The notes beneath the pieces are model-generated. The model was given only the letters and a program-made list of their open reading frames with translations, had not been told where the DNA came from and did no database searches. 64,000 nt of DNA, taken from IMG/VR virus record IMGVR_UViG_2897358383_000002. One strand, 5' to 3'. Within the stretch, counting starts at the first letter, position 1; every line of letters starts with the position of its first letter. The position numbers were made by a program, and so were the translations under genes. Below, in pieces: positions 45,144 to 53,574 of this stretch. This stretch comes from a virus (lineage: Duplodnaviria > Heunggongvirae > Uroviricota > Caudoviricetes).

Positions 45144-45755
45144 ATGGGGCTTAATGTTGCTTCAGTAAAGTCTTATGTATCTTCGGCATTAACGACGACA
45201 TTATTTGGCTCCGGCGTTGGTGAGCGGGAAGTTGGTAAGCTGACGTCAATCATCATGAACAAAATGCTGTTCGCGCAAGGATGGCAGTTCTCTGTCGAAG
45301 TTGATGGTCTGGAGGGGGCAGACTTCTTTGCTAAAGACATTACCTACCACGATTACAGCATCGAATATGAAACGATTAAAATCGGCGGAGGGAATATCCT
45401 TCAGCCAACGGAGCGTTCGCCTGGGCAGATAACAATGATGGTCAGGGATACCGTTGATGGCCTCGTTTTGGACTGGTTTAAGACGGCAAAAAGTCGGGTG
45501 ATCAATCCGGACGGTACCGGGAATATACCGTCTAAATATTTGCTCAATGTGCGTATTTATCGGTTGCTGTCCTCCGGTTTAACCAAACTGGAAAATGAGA
45601 TGACGGTATTCCCGGTCACTACCGGCGATGTCACCTATGCGCGGGATCAGGTTACGGAATTTAAGTCATTCCCAATGACCTTCGCGTTGCACAGCACGTT
45701 TAACCAATCCTCAAGTTCTTTAGCTTCCCTTCTGGGCTTTAGTTTTTCGCTTTAA
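45144..45755 (+). CDS. Hypothetical structural protein (203 aa)
   Basis: GAGGGGG SD. Confidence 0.55.
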   Translation: MGLNVASVKSYVSSALTTTLFGSGVGEREVGKLTSIIMNKMLFAQGWQFSVEVDGLEGADFFAKDITYHDYSIEYETIKIGGGNILQPTERSPGQITMMVRDTVDGLVLDWFKTAKSRVINPDGTGNIPSKYLLNVRIYRLLSSGLTKLENEMTVFPVTTGDVTYARDQVTEFKSFPMTFALHSTFNQSSSSLASLLGFSFSL

Positions 45756-45769
45756 ATTAAGGAGCAAGG

Positions 45770-46651
45770 ATGCTTTTACCCCTTTTCCCGCTACCATCGC
45801 GGCCAACTGAATTAATCCAGTTCCGTCAGCCAAATATTGCTGATGCGATGCGTTTCAACTCGATAACACCGGAGGAACAAGAACAGCAGACAACAGCGTA
45901 TTTAAAAGCCTTGCTGGCTGAAGCTGCGAAACATGATCCACTGAAATGGACGGCACAGGACCGGATTACCGCGTTATGGTGGATATTTACTGGCTCCCGC
46001 GAAACACCGATCGAGACATTTACCTACACCTGTAAACATTGCGGTAAAGAGCATTATTACGATTGCGATATGAATGCTCTGGCTGAAGATATCCAGGTCC
46101 TGGAAGTGGAACCGTTCATTGACGATATTGAGGTGTCTGTAGAGGGCGTGCCTTATCAATGGCGTATCGTGCCGCTTGATGGTTGGGCAATGGAAATGCT
46201 GGAGATGCGCCGAGCAGCATTGCCACCTGAAGACGACGCGGAATTCAAAGAAGCGATCGTTGATTTGCGTTTTTGGGAATTCGCTTATCAGTGTGAACTT
46301 TATAACGATGTTAGCGGTACTCGTGAAGAGCAGGCTGAGCGTCGTTATGAAACGATCAAACGGATGGCCATTGATACTGAATTTATGAAGCTGGCGGCAC
46401 ACATCCGGCTGGCTCATGAAAAGCTCGAACATGGTTTACCGTGCTACATCGATAAAGGCGAAATGCGTCTTCGTCTCCCGCCGCACAAATGCCCAAACCA
46501 GGATACAAAGGAGTCCACAGAGGGTGCGTATACCCGTCTGTGGGTGCCCTTTCGGGCTACCGACTTCATTCCACAGGTGGGGATTGAAAAGCTATCAGAC
46601 CTTAGTGTCCAACCTGGTTTTGTATGGGGGTATACCGATTCAGGACGCTGA
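45770..46651 (+). CDS. Hypothetical protein with CxxC zinc-ribbon motif (293 aa)
   Basis: AAGGAG SD. CKHCGKEHYYDC motif. Confidence 0.55.
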   Translation: MLLPLFPLPSRPTELIQFRQPNIADAMRFNSITPEEQEQQTTAYLKALLAEAAKHDPLKWTAQDRITALWWIFTGSRETPIETFTYTCKHCGKEHYYDCDMNALAEDIQVLEVEPFIDDIEVSVEGVPYQWRIVPLDGWAMEMLEMRRAALPPEDDAEFKEAIVDLRFWEFAYQCELYNDVSGTREEQAERRYETIKRMAIDTEFMKLAAHIRLAHEKLEHGLPCYIDKGEMRLRLPPHKCPNQDTKESTEGAYTRLWVPFRATDFIPQVGIEKLSDLSVQPGFVWGYTDSGR

Positions 46652-46732
46652 AAGGCTTACTGAATCCTATGCGTTTTTCCTGTTGGAGAAACTGGAAGAA
46701 AAACTTAAACCGAAACGGTAGGCGATAAGATC

Positions 46733-49700
46733 ATGGAAAGAAAAAACGCCAATATTGACGATGTTATAAGGACAGTTGAAACCGCCAGCGCGAAAGAGCT
46801 GGAAGAGCTTGCAGGTATTCGGGAAGCTGTTGAAGATTTGAAAGGGGAACGAGTTGCAACTGTTGATCCTGTCTCTCGCAGTGTGTCGGCATTAAATCGC
46901 ACAATCGAAAATTCCCGGCCAGACTTTGTGGCCAATGCGCCATCAGTAGACCCTATTGTTGACGCAATGAAACGGCTTAATTTAGGGGACGTTTCTCGTA
47001 TACGGGAGGACAAAGTCACTAACCGTGAACAGCAGGTTGCACCAACAGCGCACAATCCCCCAAATAGACGAAGAGAGGCAATAACAGAGGATGTTAAAGC
47101 ACAGCGGTTAGAAACGGTCAAACTCGCTCGTGATTTGAGAGGGGGACGCGTTGCAACGGTTGACCCAGTATCTCGCAGTGTGTCGGCATTAAATCGAACA
47201 ATCGAAAATTCCCGGCCAGACTTTGTGGCCAATGCGCCATCAGTAGACCCTATTGTTGACGCAATGAAACGGCTTAATTTAGGGGACGTTTCTCGTGTAG
47301 TTCAGGAGGGCATTGCTCAAGAGGAACAGCAGGCCAAATCAACTACACCAAAGGGTAAAAAAAGACGCAGGAAGGCTATATCAGAGGATATAAAGGCACA
47401 ACGGACCGAAGCAGCCGAACACGCTCGCGAAATGTTCGATCAAAAAGGCGGTGCGCAAAAAAGCCAAAACCAACGCGATGCGCGTGGTCGTTTTATTGGA
47501 AAGTCAGGGAGTAAGGCCGCAGCGGAAGATGTCCGTGCTGAACGTGCTGAAAAGGCCAGGCGCAAAGAGGATGATGAGCGTCTAAATGCTGAATCAGGTT
47601 TATTAAAAAAACTGTCAAAAGTAGCTGAAGGCATAGGTAACCCTTCAGAGACTCGTGCCGTCGATGCGTTAGGTTATGCCGTTGCTGGTCCATTGTGGGC
47701 AGCAGGGAAGGAGCTTGGCGGGATATCAAAAGAAGTTGGTGGATCGCTTAATGGTGCCAGAAAGTCTATTGCCGATGTGATTCGTGGCAATGACGATAAC
47801 AGCCGTAGAAAAGGTTTTTTTAGGCGTAAATCGCAAAATAGTGCCGATGTCGTTCAGGTTAACACCCAAAAACGGACGGTTCAGGAACTTCAGGAGCAGA
47901 CCAGCGAAATTAAAGAGGGCAATGACAAGATTCTCAGCGCCCTTGATCAGATAGCCAAAAACACCGGGAAAAAGAAGGGCGGCTTGCTGTCCAAACTATT
48001 TAGCCTGTTAGGGAAGGGGGCCGGTGGTATTGCTTCCCTTATTTTTGGCCGTGGGGTACTAAAGAAAGTTGGCTCGATGGCACTAGGCGCTTTAGGTATA
48101 AAAAAAGTTGCAAGCTTATTGGGCTTTGGTGGGAAAAAAGCTGCTGCCAAAGAAGCTGGCGAATTGGCTACTCGCGGTGCCGGAAAACTTGCAACTAAGG
48201 GATTGGGGAAACTAGGTGTTAAGGCTCTTGCAAAGGGGGCTTTACGCGCAATTCCGCTAGTCGGCACGGTGGCTGGAGGTATCTATGATGCGGTAACCGG
48301 TTGGAATGATACAGAAGCACAACGTCGGACCTTTGGGCTTAAGGATGGGGAAGATCCATCTTTTCAGCAAAAAGCGGCTTATACACTGGCTAACGTTCTC
48401 GATATGGGAGGACTGGTATCTGGTATTAGCAGTGCCATTGGCGGCGTTCTCAAATCACTTGGATTTGAGGATATCGGCAATATGTTGCAATCATTTTCGA
48501 CGGAAAGTATTGCCCAGGCCATTGATAGTGGGATTACCAATTTAGAAACATATATTTCTAACCTTGGTGATACTATATCCACGACATTTAGTGATTATAC
48601 TGCAAAGATTGGTGATGCTATTTCAGCATGGTTCAGTGACACAACAAAGAACCTGAACGAAAAATTAGACGCCATCAAAAACTTCTTTACTGTCGATAAC
48701 CTGAAACAGGTTTTCAGTGATGCAATTGATAGTGCAATTGATTTCATTAAGAACCCAGGGAAATACATTAAAGAAGCTGGCAGTAATCTATGGAGTGCCG
48801 CAAAAGAGCTTTCAGGTGAGGTTGCAGATGCCGCTGTTCAGAGCACCCCTGTGGCCTGGGTTGCATCAAAGCTAGTCAACAAAGCGGATGCGAAAGAGGT
48901 TACACCTGAATTAAAAACACCAGCTAAAGAAAGTCAGGAGGACAATGCTCCTAAGACTGAATATACCCCTAAAAAGGCTAATATTGTCACTCGTGTTGTA
49001 AATGCATCCCTAGATACGGCGAAAGATAGCAATAAAACAGTTAAAGAAACTGCTAATCAGATTATCAATGCAAATGCCGTAGAAACGGGCAATAGCGCGT
49101 TGCAGAAAATTGATAAAGCTATTGGTCAAAATAGCTCGTCATCATCGTCGCTTAATACCACTGGCACCAGGAATGACATTCAGAAAGCTGCGGATACCTA
49201 CAACAATGGCAACTTGGATGTAAAAGTCGGAAGTCTTGGCGCTGAAGGTAAGGCAAATCTCGATAAGTTGGCTCCGTATTTTGCCGAACTAGAGAATAAA
49301 TACGGTCTTCCAGAAGGCACTCTTTACGCGATTGCTGCAACTGAATCTGGTGGTAATCCGTATGCAAAATCCCAAACCGGTGCTCTGGGGATGTTTCAGT
49401 TCACGGGGATTGCTCGTGAAGAGACTGGCTTAGCTGAAGGTGAATCGTTTGATCCTGTGAAATCGGCAGAAGCTGCGGCTCTTCTCATGAGCAAATATCT
49501 GAAGCAAGCCAATGGAGACTTAAACGAGGCCATCACTGCATATAATGCTGGGTTTGGCACTATCAATAAGTGGAAAAAAGGCACAGGTGACTTATCGAAA
49601 GAAAACCGTGAGTACGCGATCAAGGTCAATACTCATCGTGCTCGCTATTTAGGTGGTGAAATCTATACACCTGGAGCAGGAGCACAGGGTGGGGCGCAAT

Positions 49701-50428
49701 ATGGAGTGAGGGGACCACTGCCTGATAACGCTGTTATCGATCAGTCTACTGGCCTGGCGTTTACCCCTGGTGATAGCCCGTTTGAGAAAGGCGGTCTGGT
49801 AGACAAAATTGGCAATGCTGTTGGCGTTAACGATCTGGTCAACAAATTCATGAATGGCCGGGGTATGCGTCGGGAAGTCGTTCAGGGAACGCTCGAAGAA
49901 CGTGCACGAGGGAAGGGGACCGCAACAGCAGCTGGCAATGTGTATGTTGATACTCCGATGCCAGTTGAAGAGGCGCGTCCGGTGGCCAGCAACTCAAGTT
50001 ACTTTGACCAACTCGGCGCACAAATGGGGATTGATGGACTATTTGATAAACTCCGCAACTCGCCGGGGATGCGGAAAAATAATGCGCCTGAACCAGCCTC
50101 CACGTCCCAGGTGACGACTGCCGCCAACGATTTGCAGCAACCAACCGGTCGTATGCAGATAGACGGACAGGTTATTAGTGACCTTGGCGGCTCCGGTGCC
50201 AAGCCGACAATGCAGTTGGCTGATAATACCGTTTCACTTGATGGTGAAACGAAGCGGCTGTTTGCGCAGATGACCTCATTGCTTGCCAGGATTGAAGAGC
50301 ACACTAAAGACTCGGCGAAAGGCCAGGGAACTGTCGTAAAGGTCAGCACGCCTCAACCGGGCGTTATGCGCACGGTGCCACTGTCAATTGATGATCCGTT
50401 GATGAATGACTACGCGAGAGTTGATTGA
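46733..50428 (+). CDS. sit: Tail tape-measure / injection protein with lytic transglycosylase (SLT) domain (P1 Sit-like)
   Basis: 1231 aa. Gly-rich membrane-like segment and SLT motif AIAATESGGNPYAKSQTGALGMFQFT. Confidence 0.8.
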   Translation: MERKNANIDDVIRTVETASAKELEELAGIREAVEDLKGERVATVDPVSRSVSALNRTIENSRPDFVANAPSVDPIVDAMKRLNLGDVSRIREDKVTNREQQVAPTAHNPPNRRREAITEDVKAQRLETVKLARDLRGGRVATVDPVSRSVSALNRTIENSRPDFVANAPSVDPIVDAMKRLNLGDVSRVVQEGIAQEEQQAKSTTPKGKKRRRKAISEDIKAQRTEAAEHAREMFDQKGGAQKSQNQRDARGRFIGKSGSKAAAEDVRAERAEKARRKEDDERLNAESGLLKKLSKVAEGIGNPSETRAVDALGYAVAGPLWAAGKELGGISKEVGGSLNGARKSIADVIRGNDDNSRRKGFFRRKSQNSADVVQVNTQKRTVQELQEQTSEIKEGNDKILSALDQIAKNTGKKKGGLLSKLFSLLGKGAGGIASLIFGRGVLKKVGSMALGALGIKKVASLLGFGGKKAAAKEAGELATRGAGKLATKGLGKLGVKALAKGALRAIPLVGTVAGGIYDAVTGWNDTEAQRRTFGLKDGEDPSFQQKAAYTLANVLDMGGLVSGISSAIGGVLKSLGFEDIGNMLQSFSTESIAQAIDSGITNLETYISNLGDTISTTFSDYTAKIGDAISAWFSDTTKNLNEKLDAIKNFFTVDNLKQVFSDAIDSAIDFIKNPGKYIKEAGSNLWSAAKELSGEVADAAVQSTPVAWVASKLVNKADAKEVTPELKTPAKESQEDNAPKTEYTPKKANIVTRVVNASLDTAKDSNKTVKETANQIINANAVETGNSALQKIDKAIGQNSSSSSSLNTTGTRNDIQKAADTYNNGNLDVKVGSLGAEGKANLDKLAPYFAELENKYGLPEGTLYAIAATESGGNPYAKSQTGALGMFQFTGIAREETGLAEGESFDPVKSAEAAALLMSKYLKQANGDLNEAITAYNAGFGTINKWKKGTGDLSKENREYAIKVNTHRARYLGGEIYTPGAGAQGGAQYGVRGPLPDNAVIDQSTGLAFTPGDSPFEKGGLVDKIGNAVGVNDLVNKFMNGRGMRREVVQGTLEERARGKGTATAAGNVYVDTPMPVEEARPVASNSSYFDQLGAQMGIDGLFDKLRNSPGMRKNNAPEPASTSQVTTAANDLQQPTGRMQIDGQVISDLGGSGAKPTMQLADNTVSLDGETKRLFAQMTSLLARIEEHTKDSAKGQGTVVKVSTPQPGVMRTVPLSIDDPLMNDYARVD
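46846..47294 (+). repeat. Internal duplication in the tape-measure gene (two 150-bp near-identical segments, 300 bp apart)
   Basis: RVATVDPVSRSVSALNRTIENSRPDFVANAPSVDPIVDAMKRLNLGDVSR is encoded twice. Confidence 0.7.
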
Positions 50429-50784
50429 TGGCCAACAATAATGAAATTGATCCTTTACTGACGCTGGAGTTATCCGGCGTAAAAACGTATGAGTCCCAGG
50501 AGGAGGCCTGGGGCGCTCGTTTATATGAGTGGCTAAACACTTATCAGGGTGAGGTATACGGAGATCCGTCATGGGGCAATGTTTTACCGCAGTTTAAACA
50601 CGAACCGACCAACTTGTCGCATGTTCAAATTGCGGTTGAGGCAATGCTGTTGCAAAAACTGACGGTAGATTTACCTGACATACCGATTTCTGGCTTGTCA
50701 GTAGCCGAGGGAGATGCTTTTGATAAGTTGAAAATATCCATTCGTATCAGGGATATAACTATCACACAGGACGTGGTGCTATGA
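50425..50784 (+). CDS. Hypothetical structural protein (119 aa)
   Basis: Start overlaps the tape-measure stop (ATGA). Confidence 0.55.
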   Translation: MMANNNEIDPLLTLELSGVKTYESQEEAWGARLYEWLNTYQGEVYGDPSWGNVLPQFKHEPTNLSHVQIAVEAMLLQKLTVDLPDIPISGLSVAEGDAFDKLKISIRIRDITITQDVVL

Positions 50785-52214
50785 GTAAAACAACACCGAC
50801 TAAAGACAGTATTCGTGCAGAGTTTGAAGAGCTTGTCGAGAAAGATTCATTCTGGTCGAAGTTTGTCGGCTCTCAATTTGTCTCGATGCTGACATTGTTT
50901 ATTACCCAGATTGTCTACAGGTGCTTTCAGTATGCCGATGCGGCGCTGGCTGAAGGCTTTATATCGACCGCGACGCGGCGTTCCTCTATCCTGGCAGCGG
51001 CAGAAACGAATAGTTACGTTGGTACCAAGCCAACACCGTCATCGGGGATGATTGAGATCACCGCCACAAGTGAAGATGCCCCAGCGGTAATCCCCAAAAA
51101 TATGCCTTTAATATCTGACGACCAGTACCCTTACATGACTATGGATGTATGCAGGTTGGTTGACGGCACCGGTACGGTAGAAGTGGCACAGTTGGAAATC
51201 CAGGAGGTGACATATACCGTTACGGCAGCCAAAGAATTTCTGGAAGTCGTGTTATCAAAGGCTCTCACTGCTGTCTGCTATAAGCTGGAAGTATTCGTGA
51301 CGACCGATGGTAAGACCACGCAGTGGTCTTCCAGCACTATGTTCCGGTTAGCCGGTAGTAAAAGCCAGGTCTACGTTGAGTTTTATAAGCCATCCGAGCA
51401 GTTGGGGGTTCGATTCGGTGATGGGCTAATTGGGCAAATACCGCCAGAAGGCTCGACCATTACACTTAAGGTATGGTGCACCAACGGAGATATAACCCTG
51501 GTTGCTGGCCAAAACCTGACGCCTGTCGATTCTGCGGCTAATTTAGCTAATTTGATTTCAGTTAAGACAACGACACCCATAACCGCAGGTACCGATGCCG
51601 AAACAACGGAGATCACACGTAATCGTGCACAATATTACCTTGCCTATGATGATCAGGTCGTATGGGGCGGGGACTATACGTATTTTTTGGTGCGTAACAT
51701 CCCGGGACTGTCCTGGGTAAAGGCATGGGGCGAAGGCCAGCAAGAGAAATTAGATGGTGCTTATAATGTTCGGAATATCAATAAGATATTTATTTCAGGA
51801 TGGCATCCAAACAAAAGCCAGTCAGAGCTTGAAGAAGTGATCCTGGCTGCCTTTAAGAAGGTGCCGAATGAGTTGAACAAGAAATTCTCGTATAAAGAGG
51901 TCAGAAAACTCCCCTTTAAGATCACTATCACTGGGCGGATATCGGCAAGCCTGACCATTGAGAACGTGACTGATGAGCTGAAGTCGGCACTGGAAACAAA
52001 ATTTGGGCGTGACTCAACTTTCTTTGATCCGAACCGTGTCGGCAAGTACATCCTAATCAAGAAAAAAGACGTTTGGGCATTTATCGAAACGCTGGGTTAT
52101 TTCCGCGACTTTTATCTGGAATTTGTCGAGTGGAATGAGTCCAACGGCTTTTACGATTTCGTTTATCTGGATACAGAAAACTCCACCTTTAATATTTCGT
52201 ATGAGGAGGAGTGA
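50781..52214 (+). CDS. Hypothetical structural protein, possible baseplate component (477 aa)
   Basis: Overlapping start and stop with neighbours in the tail operon. Confidence 0.55.
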   Translation: MSKTTPTKDSIRAEFEELVEKDSFWSKFVGSQFVSMLTLFITQIVYRCFQYADAALAEGFISTATRRSSILAAAETNSYVGTKPTPSSGMIEITATSEDAPAVIPKNMPLISDDQYPYMTMDVCRLVDGTGTVEVAQLEIQEVTYTVTAAKEFLEVVLSKALTAVCYKLEVFVTTDGKTTQWSSSTMFRLAGSKSQVYVEFYKPSEQLGVRFGDGLIGQIPPEGSTITLKVWCTNGDITLVAGQNLTPVDSAANLANLISVKTTTPITAGTDAETTEITRNRAQYYLAYDDQVVWGGDYTYFLVRNIPGLSWVKAWGEGQQEKLDGAYNVRNINKIFISGWHPNKSQSELEEVILAAFKKVPNELNKKFSYKEVRKLPFKITITGRISASLTIENVTDELKSALETKFGRDSTFFDPNRVGKYILIKKKDVWAFIETLGYFRDFYLEFVEWNESNGFYDFVYLDTENSTFNISYEEE

Positions 52215-53050
52215 TGCAGCGTTCCTGGTTTAATAACCGGCTTACATCAGCTAAGCAAAAGTCATTACTTTATAAATCATTGGCTGATTTGGTTCAGTCA
52301 ATGATGGACACCTTTGTTGACCCATGGTTGGAGCGAATTACCAACCGGAAGTCTATTTTCTCCATGAGCAAGGAGGATCTGGAGACTAGGACAAATGAAC
52401 TTGGCCAGTTTTTTACTATCAGAACGTCGAATTCATCTTCCGTTCCGATGTTGTTACAACAGCGGTTTGATGAGATCCATTTTAAGGGTACTGAACGCCC
52501 TATAAACCAGACAATTTATCGCGAATTTAACGGTATATCGGTTTTATGGGATCCAATATATGCTCCGGTGGACTTTGAACGTCATCCCTATGGCACGGTC
52601 CTGATTCCAGAAAGCACACTGGAAACCACCGGCGGCACATTCGGCGAGATGTTTCTGACTTCCAGAGGAATGATCAGTATTCCCATAAACGACCTGGCCC
52701 GGACAATGGGTATTACTGGAACGATAGATCAGTCCGCAATTACAGAAGAAATTCTCAGAAAGTTTAATCAGTTCGTAAAGCCTCTACTGCCACTGCATAT
52801 AGTGTTTGATGGGCTTACGCTCTATTTGTCGGTTGTTGTAAATGAACAGGCCGACATGATCACTTTGAATGAGATTTCTGATACCGAAAAAGCATTCTGC
52901 TGGTTTGAAACTTCGGATACAACTTCGCTTACTGAAGTTACGTCGATTAACGCCCCGATCACTGCAACGCCGGGCGGCACTATTGTGAAAGCAACGCCTA
53001 CGTTTGATCGCACCCGCGCAGATGATTTGCTGTTGGATAGCGATGCGTGA
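52211..53050 (+). CDS. Hypothetical structural protein (279 aa)
   Basis: GAGGAGG SD. Overlaps the previous stop. Confidence 0.55.
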   Translation: MMQRSWFNNRLTSAKQKSLLYKSLADLVQSMMDTFVDPWLERITNRKSIFSMSKEDLETRTNELGQFFTIRTSNSSSVPMLLQQRFDEIHFKGTERPINQTIYREFNGISVLWDPIYAPVDFERHPYGTVLIPESTLETTGGTFGEMFLTSRGMISIPINDLARTMGITGTIDQSAITEEILRKFNQFVKPLLPLHIVFDGLTLYLSVVVNEQADMITLNEISDTEKAFCWFETSDTTSLTEVTSINAPITATPGGTIVKATPTFDRTRADDLLLDSDA

Positions 53051-53128
53051 CAATCACCCCGTCCGCAGGGCGGGGTGACAAGTTACTTATCTTACAATGA
53101 GGCTTCACAACATTGATTAGGGAAAATC

Positions 53129-53563
53129 ATGTCTGACGTCTCAACAAACCTCTATAAGAGTCAGTTGTTGGACTATTACTATCAGCGGCGCGCTGAATCG
53201 TCCATTAACAAAGGCTCTCGATTTTTAATCAGCAAGGCCGTTTTCGGTACCAGTTCACTGGTTACTAAGAAAGGAGATGGCACTTATGAGATTGGAGAAC
53301 TGCCAAAGGCTTTCGATCTGGCAGAACTGACCAGTCAATTTTGCACCATCAACCTCGTCCCAACCTACTCAGGCGGGATAATTACTGTCCGAATGGACCT
53401 TGATCAAAGTCAGTTGCAGGAAGGGAAAAACTACCCATTCAACACTCTGGTTGTTCTGGATAACGAGAATAAGCCAATCGCCATTATTTGTGTCCAGGAA
53501 GACTCGCTGTATGTGGGCAAAACATATACCGCAGTTATGGCCATAAACTCGACTACAGCATAA
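53129..53563 (+). CDS. Tail-fibre-associated protein (R-like), 144 aa
   Basis: Immediately precedes the tail fibre gene. An identical copy lies inverted at 61901-62335. Confidence 0.55.
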   Translation: MSDVSTNLYKSQLLDYYYQRRAESSINKGSRFLISKAVFGTSSLVTKKGDGTYEIGELPKAFDLAELTSQFCTINLVPTYSGGIITVRMDLDQSQLQEGKNYPFNTLVVLDNENKPIAIICVQEDSLYVGKTYTAVMAINSTTA

Positions 53564-53574
53564 GGATATGCTTG

